Shown here: positions 19,674 through 29,130 of the stretch, piece after piece | Layout: the number at the start of each line of letters is the position of its first letter | Numbering within the stretch: position 1 is the stretch's first letter | Source of the DNA: a bacterium | Lineage (GTDB): Bacteria > Bacteroidota > Ignavibacteria > UBA10030 | Assembly: GCA_043803945.1 (NCBI GenBank) | Contig: JAZDJN010000080.1 | Coordinates: forward strand, 37,253-101,252 | Direction: 5' to 3' | DNA length: 64,000 nucleotides | The notes under the pieces: generated by a model | The model's input: only the letters and a program-made list of their open reading frames with translations | Databases searched by the model: none | Told to the model about the DNA's origin: nothing | Program-made: the position numbers and the translations under genes

Positions 19674-20018
19674 TCACTTGTTCCTATCAAAGTGAGGAAG
19701 TTCAAAGGGAATCGGAAGACTCAACTCCACAAATCCCTTATAGAGTCCGTTCTCGAACCATGGCGACTGGTAAATAAATTTCTTCGCACCCTGTTTTTCG
19801 ATGGTGTAGACATTGGGCTTTCCCGATTGAAGGAGCTCCATTAATTTTATACGCGCCGGCAGCGGGTGGCAGTCCAGTACGTTCGTGCCGATCAGTTTCT
19901 CACCGCCATCCTCCCGGAATGTTTCAACTGAATGCTTATTCATTTCAATGATGATGCCATTGGTATCGCAGACGGTGATCGCAGCCGGGAACTCTGTTAT
20001 CCATTGATGTGAGGCCAT
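19674..20018 (-). CDS. Stand-alone PAS-domain protein
   Basis: AITVCDTNGIIIEMN...LIGTNVLDCH...VYTIEK. Confidence 0.8.
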   Translation of the reverse strand: MASHQWITEFPAAITVCDTNGIIIEMNKHSVETFREDGGEKLIGTNVLDCHPLPARIKLMELLQSGKPNVYTIEKQGAKKFIYQSPWFENGLYKGFVELSLPIPFELPHFDRNK

Positions 20019-20028
20019 AGTGACTTTC

Positions 20029-20922
20029 TTAGATGATGTATAATCGGTTTAAGGTTTTCAAGTTCTCTTTTGTAGTTATTGGTTGATCACTCGGTTCAGG
20101 CTCTGTCTCCTTATTTACGTTATGCTTGAGTTCATTTTTATCTCGGGTGTCGCTCCAACTCTTCCATACCTTATTAACATCATAAACAGTGTTTAAATGT
20201 TGTGATATGTTCCATCCCTTCGAAGCATTCTGAAATGCCCTTTTGACATCTTCTGAATTCGCCATGACCATCCATCCTCGATCATCAATGTCTACAGTCG
20301 AGGCAAACTGTAACGCCGCTTCACGAAGCTCCATCAATCCGCAGTTTGCACAGTCACAGAGAATGCCAGCTAAATAGTCCTCGGGAAAGTCCGCTGGTTC
20401 TCCTAATAATCTCCGAAGGAAAGCCACAGCAGCATCTCTGCTCGATGGATGAAAACGGTGCATCTGAATGATACCGCGGATGACGGCATCACGTGCAAAT
20501 TTATCTACCGATGTGTCTTGTATAAACTTCCACAAGTCATCGAAGTACCCGCAACCCAATCGCGCAAACGAAAGCCATATATGCTCTGTTAACGCATCAG
20601 CATAGAGATATCTCAAACTCGTTTCTGGCAGCCGGAGGCAATTGAGCAAATCTGGTATGATGGAGGAATCTTCCATCTCGGTTAAGAGAAAGATTGCATG
20701 GGAATCTGTTGCATCGAGAGGTTTTTCCAGATCTGGGTTACAACCCGTCGTTGCTCGGCGGGACAGTGCATCCCGCAGATACGGTTGAAAAAAATCTTTT
20801 TGCGAGAGTATCGCCTGGATTTCTTCTACGGTGAGATACCATCGAGTCCGTAGCGCATTACATAATTCTGTTTGTGTCATGGTATCGTGGTTTCTCTCTA
20901 TGTCATTTATTGGTTGAGTCAC
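20029..20922 (-). CDS. Hypothetical alpha-helical repeat protein (DUF1186-like); start may be 20880
   Basis: HAIFLLTEM...LYADALTE...LWKFIQDTSVDKFARDAVIRG pattern recalled from DUF1186 proteins. Confidence 0.55.
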   Translation of the reverse strand: MTQPINDIERNHDTMTQTELCNALRTRWYLTVEEIQAILSQKDFFQPYLRDALSRRATTGCNPDLEKPLDATDSHAIFLLTEMEDSSIIPDLLNCLRLPETSLRYLYADALTEHIWLSFARLGCGYFDDLWKFIQDTSVDKFARDAVIRGIIQMHRFHPSSRDAAVAFLRRLLGEPADFPEDYLAGILCDCANCGLMELREAALQFASTVDIDDRGWMVMANSEDVKRAFQNASKGWNISQHLNTVYDVNKVWKSWSDTRDKNELKHNVNKETEPEPSDQPITTKENLKTLNRLYII

Positions 20923-21287
20923 ACGTTCTTGAAACGAATATAATAAAATGTTTTTAGAGTACTTATTATTGTTTAGCTATCACTCCTTTTCATCGTTGCT
21001 GTATTCATTGCTTCTCCTTCGCCTTTTCCTTAGTTTTACCCACCCTGATTGTGCCGCATAGAGCGGTATAGTCGGGGTGAGGTGTTTTTTGTCGCGGAGA
21101 AAATCTGTTGAAATACGGAATGGGGAGTGTTAAATGGGAAACAGTCAGGCACGGAAGTTTTTCCAAGCGGAAATATTCCATGAGATGCATTGACAATTGT
21201 CGAGTGTCAAATGGCGATTGAACAACTACGTAACTATTTCCAATCGTCAATCGCACATCGGCAATCGGAAATTAAATCAGAATTACT

Positions 21288-24200
21288 ATGATTGAGACAA
21301 TACAGAAACAAATCTTTTCAACTGAACAATTCCAGAAGCTCCGGGCGGCAGCGACAGGACACACAACGACCGAGCCGATCCAGATTACTGGTGTGAACGG
21401 TTCGTTGATGGCATTTTTAGCTGCATTTCAATTCCACGAGCGGCATTCCCAGGTTGTTCTCGTTGTCTCCGATGATAACAAATCGGAACAACTCCGTGAC
21501 GACTGTGCTCTGCTCTGCGGCGATTCCGCAGTCCGGCTGTATGCCCACGGCTCTGAACACAAAGCGGCACTGCTTGATATGACAGCTCCGGTGTCGCAGA
21601 TCGAAACCCTGAAGGCTCTGACCAATAACAGCCAGGTCATTGTCATCTGCTCTGCAGAAGCTCTTGTCAGACAAATTCCACTGCCGAAAGAGTTCATCGC
21701 GAGATCCATTGAACTGGAGACGGGTAAAGACTATCCCTTTGAGACAGTATTACAAACGCTCGCAACGTGGAGTTTCGAACGAAAGGATTTTGTTGAAGAG
21801 TATGGCGACTATGCTGTGCGTGGAGGGATCCTGGATATTTTTCCTTATGTCGGCGAGAATCCTATTCGAATTGAATTTTGGGGCGATTCAATTGAATCAA
21901 TCCGGGAGTTTGATGTCCTCTCACAGCGCTCGATTCGGGAATTACAATCGGTAAGTATTGTTGCGAGTTTGGCAAGCTCCTCGCCCGATCAAGAATCAGG
22001 ATCAACAACTCATCCGCCGCATTCTACCGCTTCTCTCTTCGACTACCTGAAGCCAAATGCACTGGTTATCATCGACGAGCCTCTCCTCATTCAAAAAGAA
22101 ATCGACGAGCTCTTTCACGAAGGGCTTCAGCACATCCACGATTGGCGTCATCTGGAACAGGAATCCAAACGCTTCCAAATCATTGCTCATTCGACTTTTA
22201 ATAGCCAATCGGCCACGATCGATTTTCGTTCCACGCCGCAGCCGCCCGTTCACGGCACTATTAAACTTCTCCTCCACCATCTTTCACGCTATACTGCCGA
22301 TGGATGCTCTTCCTGGATTGCCTGCGATAGCGAGGACGAAGCGAAGCGAATTCAGGAGTTGATCGAAGAGGAGCTTACCACACCAGACGCACCTCAACCG
22401 GGTGAAGAATCACACTCCGCCATTCAACAATTGCCAATCATTGACTATTCCATTCTCCAGGAAACTTTTCATTCCGGATTTGTGTATCCTCCAGCCAATC
22501 TGGTTCTCCTTACCGAGCATGAAATTTTTGGACGGTTGAAACGACGTGGCACTGCTCGAAAAAAGAGGTTTAAGGGATTCAGTCTCAAAGAGGCACATCA
22601 ACTGCAGCGCGGTGATTATGTGGTTCACGTTGACCATGGCATCGGAAAATTCACCGGACTGCAGAAGCTGAAAATCCATGGCGTTGAACAGGAAGTGATG
22701 CGGGTAAACTATGCCGAGAATGATGTGCTGTACGTCAATCTGAATTTTGTGAACCGTGTCCAGAAATATGCTTCGCAGGAAGGGCATGTCCCCAAGCTTT
22801 CCAAGCTCGGTGCGCCCGATTGGGACCGGTTGAAGTCAAAGGCACGCAAACACATTCAGGATATTGCGCGGGACCTTATTGCACTTTATGCACGGAGAAA
22901 GCTTGAGCAGGGATATGCCTTTGCACCCGACACACACTGGCAGAAAGAGATGGAAGCTTCATTCATGTATGAGGATACTCCCGACCAGGCAAAGGCAACG
23001 ATTGATGTGAAGCTTGATATGGAGCAATTGTCGCCAATGGACCGCCTTATCTGCGGCGATGTCGGGTTTGGCAAAACCGAAGTCGCCGTACGGGCTGCGT
23101 TCAAGGCTGTTATGAGCGGCAAACAGGCAGGCATTCTGGTACCGACAACAATTCTTGCCCAGCAGCATTACAATACCTTCATTGACCGTCTTGGACGGTA
23201 CTCTGTTCGTGTTGAGTCACTCTCACGATTTAAATCGAAGTCGGAACAAAAGGCAATCCTGGCCGGCCTGAACGATGGGAAAGTTGATATCCTGATCGGA
23301 ACGCATCGATTGCTCTCAAAGGATGTCGAGTTCAAGAATTTTGGACTGCTCATTATCGACGAAGAACATCGGTTCGGTGTCTCTGCGAAGGAGAAGCTTC
23401 GGCGTCTGCGGGCAACGGTCGACACGATGACGCTTACGGCAACACCCATCCCCCGCACGCTACAGTTTTCCCTGATGGGTGCGCGTGATCTTTCGATCAT
23501 CAATACGCCGCCGCGTAACCGGCTGCCGATCATAACAGAGATTGCTCAATTCGAATTTCCACTGGTTCGCGAGGCCATCCTCAAAGAGCTCCACCGCGGA
23601 GGCCAGATTTATTTTATTCATGACAGGATTCACGATATAGAAGAATGGCAGACCGTGCTTTCCCTCAGAATTCCCGAAGCCCGATTCCATGTTGCCCATG
23701 GCCAGATGAAGGGGCATGAATTGGAAAAGGCAATGATGGATTTTCTTGAAAAGAAATTCGATGTCCTGCTCTGCACCAAGATTATCGAGTCAGGAATCGA
23801 TATTCCAAGCGTCAACACAATTATCATCAATCGTGCCGACCGGTTTGGGCTGGCTGAGCTTTATCAACTGCGCGGACGCGTGGGCCGCTCGAATGAACAA
23901 GCCTATGCCTATCTGCTGACCCCGCCGTTATCCAGTCTGCCGCGACAAACATTGCGAAGGCTTTCGGCTATCCAGGAATTTACCGAGCTGGGTTCCGGAT
24001 TTAATCTTGCAATGCGTGATCTGGAGATCCGCGGTGCCGGCAACCTGCTCGGCGCTGAGCAGTCAGGATTCATACTGGAGATGGGGTTTGAGATGTACCA
24101 ACGCATTGTGGAAGAAGCGGTAGCGGAGCTGAAAGAAAAGGAATTTGCAGGGACCTTTGAAGGAGAGGCGGGAGATGGTAGAAGGGAAACGGTAGAAGGT

Positions 24201-24719
24201 AAACGAGAAAAAGAGACGATTATTGAAGCGAACATCGAGGGCTACATTCCTGATCTCTACATTGAATCCGATGCCGAGCGGCTGGATTTCTACCGGCGGT
24301 TGTATCGAGTTCACACGCTTGAAGATGTTCAATCGATGCGGGAAGAATTGCGTGACAGGTTCGGCGAGTACCCTGAGGAGGTTGAGAATCTCTTTGGCAT
24401 CGTTGAACTGAAAACCATCGCCGCAAAGCTCGGTTTTATCAAAGTCGAATTACAGCAGGATCAGTTGAAGCTGCACTTCCCTCCATCAGAAACAAAAGAG
24501 TTTTATGAACGGTGGGATGGAACAACAGCTCCCTTCCAGGCAATCATGGCAAAAGTAACGGAGTTAAAACAATACCGGGCACACCTGAAGCAGGATGGGA
24601 AACAGTTGAAGCTGGTAGCAAGAATAAAGCCAAGTGAAAAGCCGGCAGAGCGGCTGGGGGATGCGAAGTATTTCTTAACGATGCTGCTGGCAACGCTTTC
24701 AGAAACAATTACCCATTGA
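21288..24719 (+). CDS. mfd: Transcription-repair coupling factor Mfd
   Basis: YAVRGGILDIFP, GDYVVHVDHGIG, MDRLICGDVGFGKTEVA, IIDEEHRFG, TATPIPRTL, QLRGRVGR, DLEIRGAGNLLG, TRCF domain. Confidence 0.98.
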   Translation: MIETIQKQIFSTEQFQKLRAAATGHTTTEPIQITGVNGSLMAFLAAFQFHERHSQVVLVVSDDNKSEQLRDDCALLCGDSAVRLYAHGSEHKAALLDMTAPVSQIETLKALTNNSQVIVICSAEALVRQIPLPKEFIARSIELETGKDYPFETVLQTLATWSFERKDFVEEYGDYAVRGGILDIFPYVGENPIRIEFWGDSIESIREFDVLSQRSIRELQSVSIVASLASSSPDQESGSTTHPPHSTASLFDYLKPNALVIIDEPLLIQKEIDELFHEGLQHIHDWRHLEQESKRFQIIAHSTFNSQSATIDFRSTPQPPVHGTIKLLLHHLSRYTADGCSSWIACDSEDEAKRIQELIEEELTTPDAPQPGEESHSAIQQLPIIDYSILQETFHSGFVYPPANLVLLTEHEIFGRLKRRGTARKKRFKGFSLKEAHQLQRGDYVVHVDHGIGKFTGLQKLKIHGVEQEVMRVNYAENDVLYVNLNFVNRVQKYASQEGHVPKLSKLGAPDWDRLKSKARKHIQDIARDLIALYARRKLEQGYAFAPDTHWQKEMEASFMYEDTPDQAKATIDVKLDMEQLSPMDRLICGDVGFGKTEVAVRAAFKAVMSGKQAGILVPTTILAQQHYNTFIDRLGRYSVRVESLSRFKSKSEQKAILAGLNDGKVDILIGTHRLLSKDVEFKNFGLLIIDEEHRFGVSAKEKLRRLRATVDTMTLTATPIPRTLQFSLMGARDLSIINTPPRNRLPIITEIAQFEFPLVREAILKELHRGGQIYFIHDRIHDIEEWQTVLSLRIPEARFHVAHGQMKGHELEKAMMDFLEKKFDVLLCTKIIESGIDIPSVNTIIINRADRFGLAELYQLRGRVGRSNEQAYAYLLTPPLSSLPRQTLRRLSAIQEFTELGSGFNLAMRDLEIRGAGNLLGAEQSGFILEMGFEMYQRIVEEAVAELKEKEFAGTFEGEAGDGRRETVEGKREKETIIEANIEGYIPDLYIESDAERLDFYRRLYRVHTLEDVQSMREELRDRFGEYPEEVENLFGIVELKTIAAKLGFIKVELQQDQLKLHFPPSETKEFYERWDGTTAPFQAIMAKVTELKQYRAHLKQDGKQLKLVARIKPSEKPAERLGDAKYFLTMLLATLSETITH

Positions 24720-24753
24720 TCTATCTCCCTTTGCATTGGACGGAGTGAATGAA

Positions 24754-24782
24754 TTGTAATTCCTTCGCCATTTCAATATATT
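24754..24782 (+). promoter_or_regulatory. Putative sigma70 promoter of the two-gene cassette
   Basis: TTGTAA-N17-TATATT, 15 bp before the ATG at 24798. Confidence 0.5.
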
Positions 24783-24797
24783 TATTCAAGCAATCGA

Positions 24798-25682
24798 ATG
24801 AAAAAGGAGATAATAATATATTCACAATTCTCGGAGGAGACCTGGATCCAATTTCTTGAATCCAAACGGCTTCAGAAGAATTATATTATAGCATTACTCG
24901 AGATTGAGATTGACCTACAGTTTATCCAGACATTTCAAATTGTTTCCCTTGCCTGTCTTATTGAGGAATATTCTCAAGCTGGTATTCCAATTCGTTTTAT
25001 AAGAAACAATTCGCTTGCAGATGAATATTTGAGATACATTCACTTCTTTGACTACTGGACACAGGGATTCGATAGGAATGCCTTCACTCGTTCTGGAAAA
25101 AATACCACATTGGCTCTTTGGAAGATTGATCAGAGCAGGATTACCACATATGCAGATGAATCGCAAAAGTACTTTGAGAATTTATTCTTCATAGGTAAAG
25201 ACCTCTCTTCGCTTCACATTGCATTGATGGAGGTGTTCAACAATATTTATGATCATGCCCAATCGGCAATAGAAGGGTTTGCCTTGACTCAATATTACCC
25301 CAAAACACAACGGATGAATATTGCCATTTGTGACTTCGGGGTGGGAATTCCGACAAAGATCAATACAATTTGGGCGAAACAATCGCGAAAGCCAATGAGC
25401 GATCAAGATGCATTACGTGCCGCTTTTTTCAATCGCTTATCAACACAAACAACTCCACAGAACAGAGGTTTTGGACTTTCCAACTTGTTGGGAAACATTC
25501 GGAACATCAAAGGCGATTTGAGTGTTTATTCCAATAGAGCGATGATTCATTTCATCAATAGCAATGTGAACTACCGTGGATTAACAGCATATTTGCAAGG
25601 GACTTTGGTTCGCTTTTCATTCGATCCAAACAACTTACCCGAGATCGAACCAGCAATTGACAATGAGGAGTATTTTTTCTAA
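24798..25682 (+). CDS. HATPase_c-like (GHKL) ATP-binding protein with STAS-like N-terminus
   Basis: EVFNNIYDHA (N box), ICDFGVGIP (G1), NRGFGL (G2), GTLV; no HisKA dimerisation domain. Confidence 0.8.
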   Translation: MKKEIIIYSQFSEETWIQFLESKRLQKNYIIALLEIEIDLQFIQTFQIVSLACLIEEYSQAGIPIRFIRNNSLADEYLRYIHFFDYWTQGFDRNAFTRSGKNTTLALWKIDQSRITTYADESQKYFENLFFIGKDLSSLHIALMEVFNNIYDHAQSAIEGFALTQYYPKTQRMNIAICDFGVGIPTKINTIWAKQSRKPMSDQDALRAAFFNRLSTQTTPQNRGFGLSNLLGNIRNIKGDLSVYSNRAMIHFINSNVNYRGLTAYLQGTLVRFSFDPNNLPEIEPAIDNEEYFF

Positions 25683-25700
25683 GCTATAGATGTTGAATTT

Positions 25701-26006
25701 ATGAATGAGAGAATCACAGATATTGATCTTATGCAAGCCTCGCAGGGGACTTCGACAAACGCCCAGGGGTACGCGTTGTACGTAGTACTGAAGCAGTCCA
25801 TGCTCAATGATGGAAAAATTCGCCTTTCCTTGAAAGGTGCTTCCCCTATGTCCTCTTCCTTTTTGAATTCTTCCTTGGGGGAGTTGATAGATGAGTTTGG
25901 CATTGACCGGGTAAAATCCTCGCTCTCACTGGTGAATTATACAGCTTCACAAGCAAGAATATTGAAAGAGTATTTAACCACCTACCAGAAATATGCTAAG
26001 AAGTAA
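25701..26006 (+). CDS. STAS-like protein (DUF4325-type)
   Basis: IRLSLKGASPMSSSFLNSSLGELIDEFG, with the conserved STAS serine motif. Confidence 0.8.
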   Translation: MNERITDIDLMQASQGTSTNAQGYALYVVLKQSMLNDGKIRLSLKGASPMSSSFLNSSLGELIDEFGIDRVKSSLSLVNYTASQARILKEYLTTYQKYAKK

Positions 26007-26027
26007 AATATTTTATCTACGATATAA

Positions 26028-26056
26028 ACAAAAGCCGCTTCCAAAGCGGCTTTTGT
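26028..26056. terminator. Bidirectional intrinsic terminator
   Basis: ACAAAAGCCGCTT-CCA-AAGCGGCTTTTGT. Confidence 0.85.
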
Positions 26057-26139
26057 GTTTGATGAGTGTACCGCTGCGATGAAGCTCAACTACGGGTCTA
26101 ACATCTCTTCGGGAGCGGAACTCCCACAGAGATCGGGAT

Positions 26140-26370
26140 CTGCACTTCCCTCCATCGGAAACAAAAGAGTTTTATGAACGGTGGGATGGAACAACAGCTC
26201 CCTTCCAGGCAATCATGGCAAAAGTAACGGAGTTAAAACAATACCGGGCACACCTGAAGCAGGATGGGAAACAGTTGAAGCTGGTAGCGAGAATCAAACC
26301 GAGTGAAAGACCGGTTGAACGCTTGGGGGCTGCGAAGTATTTGTTAACGATGCTGCTGGTAGGCCAATGA
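26140..26370 (+). repeat. Direct-repeat copy of the mfd 3' end (24471-24690), ending in its own stop codon
   Basis: First 149 bp differ at one base; the next 71 bp differ at 13 bases; the frame ends LLVGQ*. Confidence 0.95.
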
Positions 26371-26408
26371 AGGTAAATGCAATTGAATATATGTTGTCCG
26401 AAGCAATG

Positions 26409-29024
26409 TTAGCAACATAACCTTTGCCTAAGCAGGTTCCATTCTTTTCCCTTAGTCATTATGAAAAGGCATTTTCCGTCACTTTCTGCTTCCCAAAACT
26501 GTCCGATAAATCGTTTTTCTTTGGAATCATCATTACTAAATGCTACCTCAGATTTGTATTCTACGACGAGAATTTTACCACTTTTAAGTTTAACAATAAA
26601 ATCCGGATAAAATTTATCTGTTGATGTCTGTAGCCAGAACGTATGCAGTTCTTGCCTGTCGAGGTTTCTGATCCAGAATTCGACATTTGAATGGCTGTCA
26701 ATAATATAAGCACATTCAGATTCTTCGCCATTCATATCACCCACCAATTCATAAAAGTGCCTTTTTGGTTTCCACCTGCCCCGCCATTGTTCGTTTACTG
26801 GATAATCTTTCGGGAATACAAAGTCCATTCCAACAGAAAATTTCCGTTTCCCTTCACTCACTCGATCTGTGAGTAGTAATGTCTGATAGCCATTCTTTTT
26901 CGCTGTTTCAAAATGCTCTGCGACTTTTTTTCTAACGGTTTCCTTAAGACGAAAGCGAACATATACCAAATGTTCTATTTCTAATTTTCTCTTTTCCATC
27001 AAGCAGTCAATAAGGAGATTAACAAATATAATTTGTTGAGTGTGAAGCACGGAGGGATGCCGCGTCTCTTTTACGAGCCATGCAACAAGTCCAGGACGTT
27101 GCATAGCACTGGAAACAACCAACGAAGTTAACTCCATCTGAATTTGACTTGCATGATGATAAAATGGCTTCCCATACGGATCAACATCGATTAATCCTTT
27201 TGTACCTGCCTCGACCATTATTGGAAATTCGATCTCTGTAAGTTCTGCATTACATCGTGCAAGATTCCAGCTTGTCGGTACTAGGACCTCTTCATCAAAT
27301 GGCCTCATATCTCCATCAAATTCAATCAAGAGCTGTGGTACCGCGAATTTCTCTCCCAGTTTTGCCGGAGATGTATATGTCGTTGGTATGTGATTAACGG
27401 ATCGGTACATTTGTTCAACAACTGCCTTGTCTTCTTCCAACTGCATTGCGTCTAAAAGCTGGTCTCGTTCTACTTCGCTAATTGGGTGAAGAAGTGTAAT
27501 CGTATTTTCCTTTTTATCAATTTCAATTTTTGCTCGAAGCTCCCTCGATAAGGTATCTCTTTCTGGTACCACGATTAAAGTTCGAGTGAGCTGGCCAAAG
27601 AATATTTTTCCAAGCTCTTCTTGAGAATTCTTAATTTCCAAAAATCGCTGCGCATCGTCAGGTTCAAATCCACAACGAGTTAACGAATCTGTAAGATTGT
27701 TTGCCGCTTCATAAAAATCCTTTGAATAGACAAATGCATATGCACGATTGAGTTCTTCAAACTTCTTGGGTGTCACTTTCGGCATACGTAGCACACGTCC
27801 CAGCAATTGCTCTACATCTTTACTTGACCGGACACGCGCCACAGAACAAAACACATAGGCAAACGGACAGTCCCAACCCTCTTTTAAGGCTTGCTTCGTA
27901 ATAATGAAACGAATCCTGCAATTCCGCTCCAATAAATTGACTCCATCTATTTCCCGTTGATCTCCAGTGGCAATCGCAATCTCTTCTTCCGGAACTTTGC
28001 ACACATTTATCAAACAGTTCTTAACCTCATCAACATTGATAGTGCTCTGTCCTTCTCTATCTGCTTCAGCCTGCAATAATACAATCGGACGTATGTACTC
28101 ACCTGTTGAAGTTTCTTCTTCCTGGGCTCTGTTTTCAAGCTCTCTCTGCTTGTTTACAGCATTAGAAATAGTTTGTTGCCACTCCCCTGCCGTTAAAAGT
28201 TCTATCGGTAGTTTAATAACATGTTCTGCTTTCAATGCAGCGGCAGAAACATTATATAAGACATTACTTCGATCGTCTCCCTGTGTCTTTGGTGTAGCTG
28301 TGTATTCAATAATGCAGGAAGGATTGAGTCGCTGTAATGTATCAAAGGTTAGCGGTGTACGTGCATTATGCGCTTCGTCAATAATCAGAAGCGGACGGTT
28401 GAGGTGCACAACATTAGCAAGAGAATATTTCAAGGCCCCACCATCTTCCGGTTTATGATATTCAAGGTCGCTGAGACGTTCTTTTACTACTCCATCGAAA
28501 TGAGGTTTCATCGTACCGTTAGATTCATAGACCTTCCTTCCTTCTGTGCGATCTACACGCCATGCAGCCAATGTTGTGACAATAATGGTAACGCTTCCTG
28601 CCAAGGTTGACCGCGTAAGACCAAGCGCATCTTCAACAGATAGAATACTTACATTCCCGGCAAATGCTTCATCTAATATGATTCTGTATGGATGACCACG
28701 ATTTTGCAATGCTTTTATTGTTTGATCAAGAATGGTTGTGTTGGGTACCAGCCATATGACAAGAATAAAATCTCTTCCAAGGTACTCTTTACATACAAGT
28801 GAGACTGTATAAGCAGCAAGAATTGTTTTTCCTCCACCGGTAGGAAGACGTAGACAAACGTACGGAACATCCGTGAATCCAACTGCATTATATGTAACGT
28901 CTTTTTTATAGGTCTCTTTGATGTGCTCTTCATAGGTCCGTCTAGGATTTTTTATTATAGCAACCTGTTTAAGAAAAGCAGTCAAATTCTCAAGCGTCCT
29001 CTGCTGGTATGTTTTCAGTGTCAT
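26409..29024 (-). CDS. Type III-like restriction subunit Res (SF2 helicase + PD-(D/E)xK nuclease)
   Basis: LRLPTGGGKT, IIDEAHN, YTATP, LKEGWDCP, QLLGRVLR, FYPDF...VVEYK. Confidence 0.9.
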   Translation of the reverse strand: MTLKTYQQRTLENLTAFLKQVAIIKNPRRTYEEHIKETYKKDVTYNAVGFTDVPYVCLRLPTGGGKTILAAYTVSLVCKEYLGRDFILVIWLVPNTTILDQTIKALQNRGHPYRIILDEAFAGNVSILSVEDALGLTRSTLAGSVTIIVTTLAAWRVDRTEGRKVYESNGTMKPHFDGVVKERLSDLEYHKPEDGGALKYSLANVVHLNRPLLIIDEAHNARTPLTFDTLQRLNPSCIIEYTATPKTQGDDRSNVLYNVSAAALKAEHVIKLPIELLTAGEWQQTISNAVNKQRELENRAQEEETSTGEYIRPIVLLQAEADREGQSTINVDEVKNCLINVCKVPEEEIAIATGDQREIDGVNLLERNCRIRFIITKQALKEGWDCPFAYVFCSVARVRSSKDVEQLLGRVLRMPKVTPKKFEELNRAYAFVYSKDFYEAANNLTDSLTRCGFEPDDAQRFLEIKNSQEELGKIFFGQLTRTLIVVPERDTLSRELRAKIEIDKKENTITLLHPISEVERDQLLDAMQLEEDKAVVEQMYRSVNHIPTTYTSPAKLGEKFAVPQLLIEFDGDMRPFDEEVLVPTSWNLARCNAELTEIEFPIMVEAGTKGLIDVDPYGKPFYHHASQIQMELTSLVVSSAMQRPGLVAWLVKETRHPSVLHTQQIIFVNLLIDCLMEKRKLEIEHLVYVRFRLKETVRKKVAEHFETAKKNGYQTLLLTDRVSEGKRKFSVGMDFVFPKDYPVNEQWRGRWKPKRHFYELVGDMNGEESECAYIIDSHSNVEFWIRNLDRQELHTFWLQTSTDKFYPDFIVKLKSGKILVVEYKSEVAFSNDDSKEKRFIGQFWEAESDGKCLFIMTKGKEWNLLRQRLCC

Positions 29025-29043
29025 CGGTTTTCTCTAAAGTAAT

Positions 29044-29123
29044 TGTCATGCCGGGCTTGATCCGGCATCCAGAACCGAGCACCCTTCTTTCTGGATTCCG
29101 TGTAAAAGCCTCACGGAATGACA
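29044..29123. repeat. GTCAT-class palindromic REP-like element between mod and res
   Basis: TGTCATGCCGGGCTTGATCCGGCATCCAG...CTGGATTCCGTG...CACGGAATGACA. Confidence 0.75.
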
Positions 29124-29130
29124 TTAAATA

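Noticed and set aside
24471-26370. Diversity-generating retroelement TR/VR pair
   Set aside because: Mismatches are not confined to adenines, most changed codons are synonymous, and no reverse transcriptase is present
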